64,000 bases of DNA from a virus. Within the stretch, counting starts at the first letter, position 1; every line of letters begins with the position of its first letter. The notes beneath the pieces are model-generated. The model saw only the letters and a program-made list of their open reading frames with translations. It ran no database searches and was not told the origin of the DNA. A program made the position numbers and the translations under genes. The stretch lies in IMG/VR virus record IMGVR_UViG_3300001847_000440, one strand, 5' to 3'. Shown piece after piece: positions 38,357 to 48,400 of the stretch.

Positions 38357-38934
38357 TTTTTCTCTGCTTTTTTGAACAATCTATTTTTAGATGCAGTAAG
38401 AAGATCCTTGTAAAGAGCCTGGTAATTTTTCTCAGTGTATTCTATTCTTGACTTCAACATTTTTTTTGCTTGTTGGGTCATGATCATAAAGTATAAAGGA
38501 CTGTGTTTTATATAAGATGCCTTATTAAACCATGTATACCTATAAGTAAAGCCACCTGTTTCTTCATTAAGAAAGTAAACAATCTTGCCTTCTTTATTGC
38601 TTTTATTCCAGTCCACAGGAGCCTGCATATAATAAATACCACTGTTCTTACTTTTTCTTAGTCTTGCCTTTTGTTTCTCTACCATGATTTTTCCCATGCC
38701 ATGTGGAAGAATAGCTATGTCCCCAGTCTCCAAAACATACTCTAGGTAGTACATATTCAGTGCCTCTATGATTTGCCTGTACTGTTGATAAGTAACACCA
38801 GCAGCTGGGTAAAGGTCTTTGAATTTGTTAAACATCTTTCTGCTTGAAGTAACTAAATCATACTTCAAAGAATGAGGTTTTTTCTCTGGAAGAAAACTAT
38901 TACTTGGTCTCGTCTCTTGCATTTGATGTATCAT
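38353..38934 (-). CDS. IHF/HU-like protein
   Basis: Basic protein with LETGDIAILPHGMGKIMV (HU-like GxxVxLxGxG pattern); conserved slot in crAss-like tail modules. True start may be Met5. Confidence 0.6.
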   Translation of the reverse strand: MIHQMQETRPSNSFLPEKKPHSLKYDLVTSSRKMFNKFKDLYPAAGVTYQQYRQIIEALNMYYLEYVLETGDIAILPHGMGKIMVEKQKARLRKSKNSGIYYMQAPVDWNKSNKEGKIVYFLNEETGGFTYRYTWFNKASYIKHSPLYFMIMTQQAKKMLKSRIEYTEKNYQALYKDLLTASKNRLFKKAEKK

Positions 38935-39655
38935 TAGCTGCTGATCTTTTGTATGTTTGTAAAAGCCTTTGTGCCACTGTACTTATCACATCATCTACCA
39001 TGTAGCCGGGACAAGCAAACTCATCATCATATGGGTTTGGTGGGCAACACAAAGCTTGGTTATAAATAGATATCTCATCTGCATCAGGACAACATCCTTT
39101 TGATAATTGTTTACCACAATAACTTGGGTAAGGTATAAGGTCTTCAGGTATATCTTCCTCAAAGTAAGCAGATATTTTTACCCTCTCTATTTTGTCATCT
39201 CCTATGTATAGAAACCCTTCTTGTATCCAAAAATGTATCTGACTATTTTTAAGACCCAGTTGTAAGCTATTTACATACCGGTCAGGTGTACTTTCTATGA
39301 ATCTTCTTGACACAAGATCAATAGAATAAAGACCCTGTATCAACATTCCAAAGTTGGTTCCCTCAGCTATCTTGGGGAGTTTTACTACTGATTTAGCAAT
39401 AGTACAGTTACCAACATAACTGCAGCAATTTGCAAGAGGAACCTGCTCAAGCTTAAGACAAGGAATTACCTTAAAAATATTAGGAGAGTTCCATAACTTT
39501 CTTTTATCAGTAGTCTGCTTTATAAACTTTAATGCAGTACTCTGTAACTCACTGAGAATAAGTCTGTCTGTTATATTGACATAAGTATCTGTACTCTGTA
39601 ATTTAAAGAGTCCCCTTACTTTACTTATAGCCTCTCTGTTAGATGCCTTCTGCAT
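38900..39655 (-). CDS. Tail ring protein (251 aa)
   Basis: SNREAIS...ITDRLI, IPCLKLEQVP, KLPKI; synteny. Confidence 0.65.
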   Translation of the reverse strand: MQKASNREAISKVRGLFKLQSTDTYVNITDRLILSELQSTALKFIKQTTDKRKLWNSPNIFKVIPCLKLEQVPLANCCSYVGNCTIAKSVVKLPKIAEGTNFGMLIQGLYSIDLVSRRFIESTPDRYVNSLQLGLKNSQIHFWIQEGFLYIGDDKIERVKISAYFEEDIPEDLIPYPSYCGKQLSKGCCPDADEISIYNQALCCPPNPYDDEFACPGYMVDDVISTVAQRLLQTYKRSAANDTSNARDETK

Positions 39656-39675
39656 AATAAAATTTTAATGTCAGT

Positions 39676-41499
39676 TTATACTGTTATAGTTGATGATACA
39701 TACCATGAACCATGTTGTGTTACATCATCTGAATACAAAGTGTATCCATTAATCAATGTACCAAATCTCCATTCAACTGTATAAGAACCAGCTCCAACTG
39801 AAGCAAATGAAACATTTGGTATAGCACCAGTTGTAGATTTATTTTGAAGAACAGTAGTGCCACTTTTTAATCTATATTGTATAGTATCAATTTGTAGTGG
39901 TGACTGGTTTACAGAAATAACACCAGCTACTACAGTATAAGTTAAAGTTTGCTGTAAATAAAATATAGCTTGTGATATATTTGATCCTATTGTACCAGTA
40001 CTGTATACTGTATCTATTTGAAACTCATAAGCAGTATTTGAACTTGGTGCCGGTATAGTATTAGCAACTGCAGTACCTGTCATAGGATTAGCTGTAGTAA
40101 AACCAAATAAACTCCATTCTGCTTGTCCAAATTGTCTCCATTTTGCATTTTGTGCACTGCCAGACTGATGTGTCCATGCAAGAGCAAAATTAATAGTACT
40201 GAGAGAAGCTACAAGATTGTTTACAGGTGTACCTGGAGCACTTGCACTTAATGCTACAAGGCCGGCAAACTGAGCAAGTAATGTAGGATCACTTGCTATG
40301 TAGTTCATGATACTTTGATTAAACAAAGAAGGATTTGAAACAGAAGGCACAAGTTGTAGTGTAGCATTGTTTTGCCCAACAGTTGAAGTCATACTTAGCC
40401 CCCATGATGGATCATATGTACTAGGTATCTTTGAAGCAAGATATCCTGGAACAGTATCAGAAGAATTTACTGCTACCTGATTTGCCGTAGCAATTGTATT
40501 AGCTATAGTGATTGTCTCATCAGCTCCTACATTGTTTATAGTAAGAGAAATACCAGTTCCTGCTACAATTTTATGACTTAAAAACCCAGGTGTAGTGTCT
40601 GCACTATCTACCATAGTCTTGTACAACTGTGTGTAAGTAGTGTCAATACCTAATTTATAACCTTGATAAGTAGTACCAACAACTGATGCAGTAAGTCCTG
40701 TACCTGCTGCTATTACACCATGTTGAAGAAGGTAGCTAACAGAGTTTATTGTATTTTGTACTGTACCTTGCAAAGTACTTGCAAGTGTTACACCACCCCA
40801 TGTTATACCGGCAGCACTAAAAACAGGAAGTGAACAACCATATGTGGTAAGAAGACCTATAGTAGTTACAAGACTATCTGTAGATGTTCCACCTATTGTT
40901 GACAAACAATTACCACTGTTGTTAAAAGTTCCTATAGTGCTTTGCTTTCCGTTTACTGTTGTAGTAAGTGCTGACAGGTAAGCTATCAAAGAGTTAAATG
41001 CTGTATTGATATTTGTTGGAGTAGAAATTGATAAAGTACCCCATGTACTGCCAGGTGCACCTAATAGGTCTCCGGTATTACCAATAGCTGTTGCTAATTT
41101 TGTAAGTATCTGAAGTTGAGTATCTGTATTAGCAATACTAATAGACAACCCACCTGCCGAGTGTGTATATGACAAACCGGGTACTTGTAAACCATTTATA
41201 GCTGTTGTAAGTATGGTTTGATTATTTACATAAGTTGTACCTGTAAAAGTGTTGTAGGCAGTGTGAAAGTCACACAAGTTCTTTGAAATACCTTCTGCAA
41301 AATTTTGTGTATTTGTAGGATGTGATACACCATCTGTTTGTTTTACACAATACAAATTGTAACCAGAGTAATCCGGAGCTGTATTATGAGCAGCTATAGA
41401 CAAGTCTATATTCTGCAAAATAGTCTGCAGATTTTGATTTGGAAGTATAGGAACAGTTGTAGTAGCTACTCCAGTATACGTAACAAGTAAAGCATCCAT
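39676..41499 (-). CDS. Tail fibre/collar structural protein (607 aa)
   Basis: Thr/Ser/Gly-rich; repeated DSADTTPGFL/NSSDTVPGYL; Ig/FN3-like C-terminus. Confidence 0.6.
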   Translation of the reverse strand: MDALLVTYTGVATTTVPILPNQNLQTILQNIDLSIAAHNTAPDYSGYNLYCVKQTDGVSHPTNTQNFAEGISKNLCDFHTAYNTFTGTTYVNNQTILTTAINGLQVPGLSYTHSAGGLSISIANTDTQLQILTKLATAIGNTGDLLGAPGSTWGTLSISTPTNINTAFNSLIAYLSALTTTVNGKQSTIGTFNNSGNCLSTIGGTSTDSLVTTIGLLTTYGCSLPVFSAAGITWGGVTLASTLQGTVQNTINSVSYLLQHGVIAAGTGLTASVVGTTYQGYKLGIDTTYTQLYKTMVDSADTTPGFLSHKIVAGTGISLTINNVGADETITIANTIATANQVAVNSSDTVPGYLASKIPSTYDPSWGLSMTSTVGQNNATLQLVPSVSNPSLFNQSIMNYIASDPTLLAQFAGLVALSASAPGTPVNNLVASLSTINFALAWTHQSGSAQNAKWRQFGQAEWSLFGFTTANPMTGTAVANTIPAPSSNTAYEFQIDTVYSTGTIGSNISQAIFYLQQTLTYTVVAGVISVNQSPLQIDTIQYRLKSGTTVLQNKSTTGAIPNVSFASVGAGSYTVEWRFGTLINGYTLYSDDVTQHGSWYVSSTITV

Positions 41500-42044
41500 T
41501 ATATTAAGTTTTTATTTCGTAGTTTAAAAATTATGTCTGGGTCTATGTAATTAGTTGGTAAGAATGTAGCACTACCATTTTTTGGCACTTGGTAACCATG
41601 TGCTACACAAACTGTACAGTTCTTTTGTGTAAAGTCAAAAGTAAAGTTTACAGGTACATGTGTAGGTTGTGTATTTGGTGGCAAGTTAGTTTCACATGGT
41701 TCACATGTCCTTGGACTTGCAGGTACACAACTTATGGTAATACAAGGTATAGGTGCAGTTGTTGTAGCTGCATTTAATTGGTTTTGGCAATACCCGGATG
41801 GGTACATAAGTGTAGCAACACTCACATAATAAAACCCAGCCGGGCAGCAAGGACATTGTACAGAAGGAGTAGTATCACCACTTACATTTATACATAGCCC
41901 AAGCATAGAGTCATATTGATAACCAACCGGACAACATGGACACTCAATAGGGTTTGGCCCTGGCATATGATTTATTGTCATGCAGGTACCAGTGCTTGTG
42001 TCGTATATATACCCTGTAGGGCAACATGTTTTTGGTTGTGACAT
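41499..42044 (-). CDS. Cys-rich repeat protein (181 aa), three CCPxG(Y/F)xY repeats
   Basis: CCPTGYIY, CCPVGYQY, CCPAGFYY; TAATG coupling. Confidence 0.75.
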   Translation of the reverse strand: MSQPKTCCPTGYIYDTSTGTCMTINHMPGPNPIECPCCPVGYQYDSMLGLCINVSGDTTPSVQCPCCPAGFYYVSVATLMYPSGYCQNQLNAATTTAPIPCITISCVPASPRTCEPCETNLPPNTQPTHVPVNFTFDFTQKNCTVCVAHGYQVPKNGSATFLPTNYIDPDIIFKLRNKNLI

Positions 42045-42046
42045 GA

Positions 42047-43249
42047 CTAGAATATTCTTTGAATGTAATACAATGCTCTGTATGGTGGCATGTTGTTATG
42101 TGGCATTCCACCACCATTAGTATGTGCCCCTGCTAAACTTATTCCTGTTTTTTGAACACCTATATTAGCTTGTATACCAGCAGCAGCAGAAGGAATAGTT
42201 CCAGTTGGAGCATGGTAAGTACCTGTATAATCAGTATAGGGAGTAGTATAATCAGCTCCAATAGGATTTACAATCCAACTAGAACCAGCACCTCCTTGAG
42301 GTACACTTCCTTCAAGTTTAAAAGCAAGAGGATGTGAGTGTCCTGGATCTGTAATAGTACCCCCTATAGACACAGATGGTATAGTAGTTGATGTTAGTGT
42401 AACACCATACTCCCCACCTGTAGTATTGTATGGTAATACCATACCTGTTATAACTGCCGGGCCCATACCTGTACCTACAGGAAATAAACCAGACATATTT
42501 ACTGTCCCGTTGTTTCCATTACATAATGCCCATCCCCAAGCATCTGTGTCAATCATACCTTTACCTGTGCTATCAAAATTAGCAGCACTACCAGCAAAAG
42601 GTATAACAGATCCTATAGGTGCAAAACCAAGAAAACTTAGCTGTAGTGTAGATCCAGAACCACTTTTAGTAATATTAGGCCCTGACAAGTTTGTACCATT
42701 TTGTCTGCATACAATTGCACTAGAAAGAAAATTTCCTATTGTAGTATTTATACCAGAAGTAAATCCTGATACACTGGTAGACAATACATTAAAAGCACTA
42801 AGAAGGGAACAAAACTCTTTAATCAACTCTTGTATAATCTGATTTAAAGTAGGATTAGTAGGTAAATTATTTTTTAAACAAGAGGTATCATAGGGGCCAT
42901 TAAGCAATGTGTTTATCTGTGTTTCAAGAAGGGTATAGTCATTATATAAAGTACAAATGGCATTCTTGTAACAGTTAAGTAAACAAGGTAAATCAGTACA
43001 TGAAGTGCAGTTAACTATACAGTCTTTAAAAATATCACAGGTAGTAAGGTCTATATTTTCTACGTATATACCTTTACCCTGAGCAAAATTCAGTAACTGA
43101 TTAAGTATAACAGCATCTACTTCTGCCAATGTATCACCAGTGCAGATGTTAAGGCTAGATATAGGTGGCCCGGTATAGACTACCTGAGTATCATTCATTC
43201 TTTTTTCAAAGTAGTTGTTGCAACTACTGGTATTGCATCCCTGTCCCAT
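42047..43249 (-). CDS. Tail collar-domain fibre protein (400 aa)
   Basis: PIGSVIPFAG...GWALCNG...GGE...LT...HSH...HNNMPPYRALYYIQRI; Cys-rich N-terminus. Confidence 0.8.
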   Translation of the reverse strand: MGQGCNTSSCNNYFEKRMNDTQVVYTGPPISSLNICTGDTLAEVDAVILNQLLNFAQGKGIYVENIDLTTCDIFKDCIVNCTSCTDLPCLLNCYKNAICTLYNDYTLLETQINTLLNGPYDTSCLKNNLPTNPTLNQIIQELIKEFCSLLSAFNVLSTSVSGFTSGINTTIGNFLSSAIVCRQNGTNLSGPNITKSGSGSTLQLSFLGFAPIGSVIPFAGSAANFDSTGKGMIDTDAWGWALCNGNNGTVNMSGLFPVGTGMGPAVITGMVLPYNTTGGEYGVTLTSTTIPSVSIGGTITDPGHSHPLAFKLEGSVPQGGAGSSWIVNPIGADYTTPYTDYTGTYHAPTGTIPSAAAGIQANIGVQKTGISLAGAHTNGGGMPHNNMPPYRALYYIQRIF

Positions 43250-43269
43250 AATAACAAAATTAATGCTTT

Positions 43270-43602
43270 TTACTGTACTATTGTTAAATTCAATTGTGCT
43301 GCTGTAAAGGTAAATGGATATTCATTATTTCCATTCCAGTTTGTATAATCAGTACCTGATATAACAAGGTTGCCATTTGTAGATGTTACCCATGTTGTAG
43401 TAGGATCTCCACCATCTACCCCAGGTGTAACTACACTGTAGTATAACTCCCAGTATATGTTACATTCTGTCATCAGGTTGTCATTAAAAATCCGGACACC
43501 AAGAGCTGTGCAATCTGAAGGGTCTTGGTACTTTGCTTTTACCGGAGAAATTGTTACTGTACTTAAACCGTTAATTGGCTGTGCACTATTTATTGTTACC
43601 AT
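43270..43602 (-). CDS. Small tail-fibre-associated protein (110 aa)
   Basis: ORF in the fibre cluster with an A-rich leader; ends GNLVISGTDY...W...LNLTIVQ. Confidence 0.65.
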   Translation of the reverse strand: MVTINSAQPINGLSTVTISPVKAKYQDPSDCTALGVRIFNDNLMTECNIYWELYYSVVTPGVDGGDPTTTWVTSTNGNLVISGTDYTNWNGNNEYPFTFTAAQLNLTIVQ

Positions 43603-43649
43603 TTTGATTATTTTTTGTAGTGATTATTTAAAAATTATTTATTTGAATT

Positions 43650-43799
43650 TTATTGCATTAATGTATTGAATTCTTGCTCAGTATACTGCTTGGTAAACTC
43701 TTCTTCAGACAAGCTTCCATCAAAAGGAAATTTGGGTGGTATAGAAGGTATATATCCTGTTAATTGGCACCATTCTGTTATTGTATGTGTCTCTTGCAT
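43650..43799 (-). CDS. Small acidic hypothetical protein (49 aa, not in ORF track)
   Basis: Hand translation MQETHTITEWCQLTGYIPSIPPKFPFDGSLSEEEFTKQYTEQEFNTLMQ; ATG 4 nt after the previous stop; fills the gap. Confidence 0.55.
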   Translation of the reverse strand: MQETHTITEWCQLTGYIPSIPPKFPFDGSLSEEEFTKQYTEQEFNTLMQ

Positions 43800-43803
43800 T
43801 TGG

Positions 43804-44037
43804 TTAAGGTTTTAATACTTGATCGTCAGGAATATCTATAAGGTGCATTGTTTTGTCTGGGAAGCAATCAATATAATAATCAATCATATCTTGTGGCTCT
43901 CCTATTAAAAAATTCTCATAGGTGTCAAAGTCCATTACATACAATCCAGGTGTTGCTGTTGCCCATATAGGTACATTCCAATCTGCTCCTGCCTCTAGTT
44001 TTATTTTTACATCCTCTAATACTTCTATATACGTCAT
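43804..44037 (-). CDS. Hypothetical acidic protein (77 aa)
   Basis: ORF track; co-oriented and tightly spaced. Confidence 0.65.
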   Translation of the reverse strand: MTYIEVLEDVKIKLEAGADWNVPIWATATPGLYVMDFDTYENFLIGEPQDMIDYYIDCFPDKTMHLIDIPDDQVLKP

Positions 44038-44048
44038 AGCAATTTATA

Positions 44049-45479
44049 TTAAAAATATCCTGCATTATATCCTGCTGGTACTGTGTAAGCAAATGCTGAT
44101 GCTCCAAAGTTTGCATTAATAGTACCACCGTTTGTTTGTAGTGAACAAGCTGGGAAATAGTTACCACCTGATAATGTTTGTGTAGGTGACATCTGTACTC
44201 CATTTAAGTAGAAAGTTACCTGGTTTGCTGTTGCATTTAAAGCAACCCCTACTACATCCCCTGCATTAATGTTAGGGTATGTGACACCACCATCAGAAGT
44301 AAATGTGTTAAATGACAGGTTATTTGTAGGATACCACCAACCACCAAACAATGAATAGTAAGAATAGCTATAAGCATTAGATCCTAGAGCCCCATTTAAA
44401 GGCAATCCTGTAGTGCCTGAATAAACACCAAATCCACCTTGAGCTGTTTTAGTTGTATACTTAAACTCCCAATACCATTTACCTGTAGATTTACCTGTTG
44501 TAGAGCCACCTATTGTAGCTATAGCAGTACCATTACCACCACCGTTGTTTGTTACCTGAAGTGAGTTATCTCTTGTTAAGTTTGTGCTTATAAGAGTAGC
44601 ATCAAATGTAGCAAACACATTTGCTGCAAATGAGACAGTTCCATTTCCAGATGTCCATTTAACAATATTGTACAGCCCATCACTTGAAGTAGTATAAGTA
44701 CCTGTTGCAGTAGCTGCAGCAGCAGATGCTAAATATCTACATATTACAACTCCACTACCACCAGCACCACCAGCAGCAGCACCACCACCTCCACCTCCAC
44801 CACCACCAGTATTGGCAGTGCCAGCTGTACCAGGTGTGTAGTCTGCAGATTGTCCATTACCACCACCACCAAGTCCACCAGAACCTCCAGCAGTAGGTGG
44901 AGAGTTATAAGGATAGCCTGAACCACCACCTCCACCACCATAGTAAGTAGATACTCCTGTTATTGAACTAGTAATACCATTACCACCAAGACCACCTACA
45001 GTTGGTGTAGAGGCACCTCCTGCTGTTCCTGCACCTCCACCACCACCACCTGCATAATAAGCAGCATGACCTGCACCACCAGCTTTAACATTTGTACCAC
45101 TACCAGCAGCTGCTCCAGCTGACCCATTTGAGCCACCACCACCTCCTGAACCACCACTACCTGCTGCTAAATAAGTACCATTGTATGAAGAACCTTTACC
45201 ACCACCATAAGCTGTGTAACTTCCAAAAGTAGAGTTATCACCATTTTGAGCAGCACTATTATTTCCACCAGCTCCACCAGCTCCAACACTAAGAGTATAA
45301 GAAGTTCCCAAGGTTAAAGAGACACCTGTCTGTGGATTTACATCTCCACCACCACCTCCACCATTAACATAGTAACCCCCACCACCACCTCCTCCAACAA
45401 GAAGAAGGTCTGCTGAGATTGTTACTGGTGCTACTGTTACACCTTTATAACTTAATAATACATTTAATGCTCCTGACAT
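44049..45479 (-). CDS. Glycine-rich fibre/receptor-binding protein with C-terminal SPRY/B30.2-like domain (476 aa)
   Basis: GGGGGGG runs; KSTGKWYWEF, GDVVGVALN...FYLNG, YFPACS, NFGASAFAY. Confidence 0.8.
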   Translation of the reverse strand: MSGALNVLLSYKGVTVAPVTISADLLLVGGGGGGGYYVNGGGGGGDVNPQTGVSLTLGTSYTLSVGAGGAGGNNSAAQNGDNSTFGSYTAYGGGKGSSYNGTYLAAGSGGSGGGGGSNGSAGAAAGSGTNVKAGGAGHAAYYAGGGGGGAGTAGGASTPTVGGLGGNGITSSITGVSTYYGGGGGGSGYPYNSPPTAGGSGGLGGGGNGQSADYTPGTAGTANTGGGGGGGGGAAAGGAGGSGVVICRYLASAAAATATGTYTTSSDGLYNIVKWTSGNGTVSFAANVFATFDATLISTNLTRDNSLQVTNNGGGNGTAIATIGGSTTGKSTGKWYWEFKYTTKTAQGGFGVYSGTTGLPLNGALGSNAYSYSYYSLFGGWWYPTNNLSFNTFTSDGGVTYPNINAGDVVGVALNATANQVTFYLNGVQMSPTQTLSGGNYFPACSLQTNGGTINANFGASAFAYTVPAGYNAGYF

Positions 45480-45482
45480 ATA

Positions 45483-48400
45483 TCACGTAAGTTGTGCATT
45501 TCCATTAATATACCATTTTGTAGAGGTAACTTTTACTGCAGTAGCCATTCCATATTGAGCTAATGTACGACTGCCGGTAGAAGAACCAAACTGAAGGGTA
45601 TCACTTGTAATAGCTATTGTTATTGCTCCTGCTCCATCATTTACAAAAGTAAGTGTTGTTCCAATAGGGTATGCTACATTGACATTAGAATCTATTGTCC
45701 AGGTGTAAGCTATAGCATCTGAGTGGTAGATGTGTTTGCCACTATCTGACATCACCGTAGTATAGTTTGTATTCTTGATATTTTGTGGAAGTCCCAAGTA
45801 ACCTACAGAAGTAGTTGTAGGGGTAGATACAGTTAATGAAGGATCAGTAAGTGCTGCACCTGTTGCCAATACAACACTACCAGAAGTACCGGTAGTAGCA
45901 GCCCATGTAGTTGATCCTGAGCCATTGGTTTGTAACAAGTACCCACTGGTACCACCACTATTAGGAAGTGTAAGTGTCCATGTACCAGCAGCAGCAGAAG
46001 TAGTAATAGTTACTGTACCTGAAGTAGAGCCGGCTACTTTTAAAGAACCTTGAGTTGTACCTGCTACACCACTTATTACTGTACCGTTTACTTGTAGTTT
46101 ATCTGTACCATTGTCTGTAGTAGTGTTTAGAAGTAGATTACCTGTACTTCCTTTAAGAGTTAATATTGTTGTTCCAGATGCTAATATATTACTGCTTGAA
46201 TAAGACAAACCTTTAGCAAAGATAAAATCTGCTGTTGTTTTCTCAGCACCTAATATATAATTTGTACCATCCGTACCAAAATAGTTTGTAGTTACACCTG
46301 TTTTAGTAAAGGCAAATAACATATTACGAGTGTTATTACCTGACGAGAATTGAGCAACAAACCCAGTATCACTTGGAGGCCCACCACCTGGTTCGTTTAT
46401 TGTAAATCTTGTATTAGTTCCTGTACTTATTGATGGTGTATTAACGGGTAAATTTAGTGTACCATTAATATATGCACTACCGTTTACTTGTAGTTTATCT
46501 ACACCATTATCTGTGGTAGTAGCAATAAGTACGTTGCCTGGATTTCCACTAGTAATAGTAATTGTTGGATTATTATTATATCCACCTGTTATAAGTTTTA
46601 TTACATCTGTTCCTCCCGAAGCAACACCTGAATTGCTTAAAAGAACTACTCCTTTTTGCCCCTGAAATGAAAAACTATTTCTTAAACCTGTAACAGCATA
46701 TGCACTTCCATATAAAGTAACTCCTGCATATACTGAACTATCGTTTTGCAACACAAACTGTCCACATCCTGTAGAATCTGAATTCTGGACTAATAAGTTT
46801 AAACCAGTTCCACCTGCTACAGAACCTGATAAATGAAAAGGATATGTTGGGCTGTTTGTACCAATTCCTAATCTTTTATTTGTGTTATCCCAAAACAGCT
46901 TTGTATTATCTTGAGATATTAAACCTGATGCTCCTACAAACGGTACAGAACCAGCAGTAAGTCCACCTACAGTAAGGTTTGTTGAGATATTTGCTGAACC
47001 TGATACTTGAAGTTTGTCTGTACCGTTGTCTGTGTTAGTGTTTATAAGGGTTGTCCCTGCTACTGTTAATTGTGCAGCAGGAGATGATTGATTTATACCA
47101 ACTTTACCAGCAGAACTTATTACAAGGCAATTATTACTTGTTGTAGGATATATATATACTGGATTACTTGTATTAACTGCATCATATATAGTAAATCTTC
47201 CTGTAGCATTTTCTGTGGCAAAATCCCAATAGCCAGTTCCTGTTCCTGTTCTAAGTGAAAAATCTGCATTTACAGCTCCTTGAATAAAAATTCCACCTCC
47301 ATTTATAGTTAATTTTTGAGATGGGCTTGCAGTTCCAATACCTAATCTCTTATTTGTGTTATCCCAAAATAAATTACTATTGTCTTGAGCTAAGGTGCCA
47401 CTACCTGTGATAAATGGTACTGAACCTGCTGTGAGACCTGTAAGACCTATAGAGGTTGCTGATATACTGCCGTTTACTTGAAGCTTATCTACTCCGTTGT
47501 CTGTTCCAGTGTTTATAAGAACATTACTACTTAAGTATAATAAATTTGAAGCTGCTCCAGCCTTTATAACCACTGTCTTATTAGCTGTACTCCATCCCGA
47601 GTTATTACCTGCGGCTCCAAAAGTTAAATCCCAAGGTGATCCTGCTGTACTACTATTATCTACAACAAATTGGTGGGCTTTATTTGCTGTATGACCAATA
47701 ACTAAAAGTTGAGTTCCTGCCGAACCACCATCAAAAGCAAAATTATAAGGATAAGTAAGAGTACCACTAGATGGTTTAAAATACACAGATATTCCTGAAT
47801 TAGCTGTCTTTGCTTGAATTCCTAAATAATCTAATCCATAGTTATTACCCCAAGGTTGTATTTCAACACCTCCACCTGTTACACCGGAAACATTAGATGT
47901 AATACACTGTAAATTTAAATAACCATTTGATGATATTGTGGAAAGTGTATTTGCTCCGTTGTTACCACCTTTAAAAACAAAAGCATTTCCTGTAGTCTGA
48001 TTACCTGTAGTTGTTTTAAATGTAAGTAAATCAGTTGCTGCAGTACCACCTATAACTGTTTGACCACCTGCTACACCTGTTGATAGGTTGGCTGTTACTG
48101 TACCTGCTGTATTAGTAAGACCAGTTGAGAAGGTAAGTGCTGATTGTTTACTGTTGAAAGTACTCCAATCTGTTGATGACAACTTACCTGTATTAGTAGC
48201 ACTGGCTACAGGTAAATTGAATGTATGGGTGGTGCCAGCTGAAGATATAGCAAAGTCAGTACCTGTTGTTCCTGTACTTAAAGTTTGAGTTGCACCAGTA
48301 AGACTGTTAATAGATGTAATACCAGTACCAGCCATAATACCTGACTGTTGTGTAACAGTAAGTATAACAGAGGCTGCAGAAGGTGGAGGGCTACCTGCAG

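Noticed and set aside
46800-47460. DGR template/variable repeat pair in the tail fibre
   Set aside because: Mismatches between copies are at synonymous positions of all bases rather than adenine-specific, and no reverse transcriptase is in the window.
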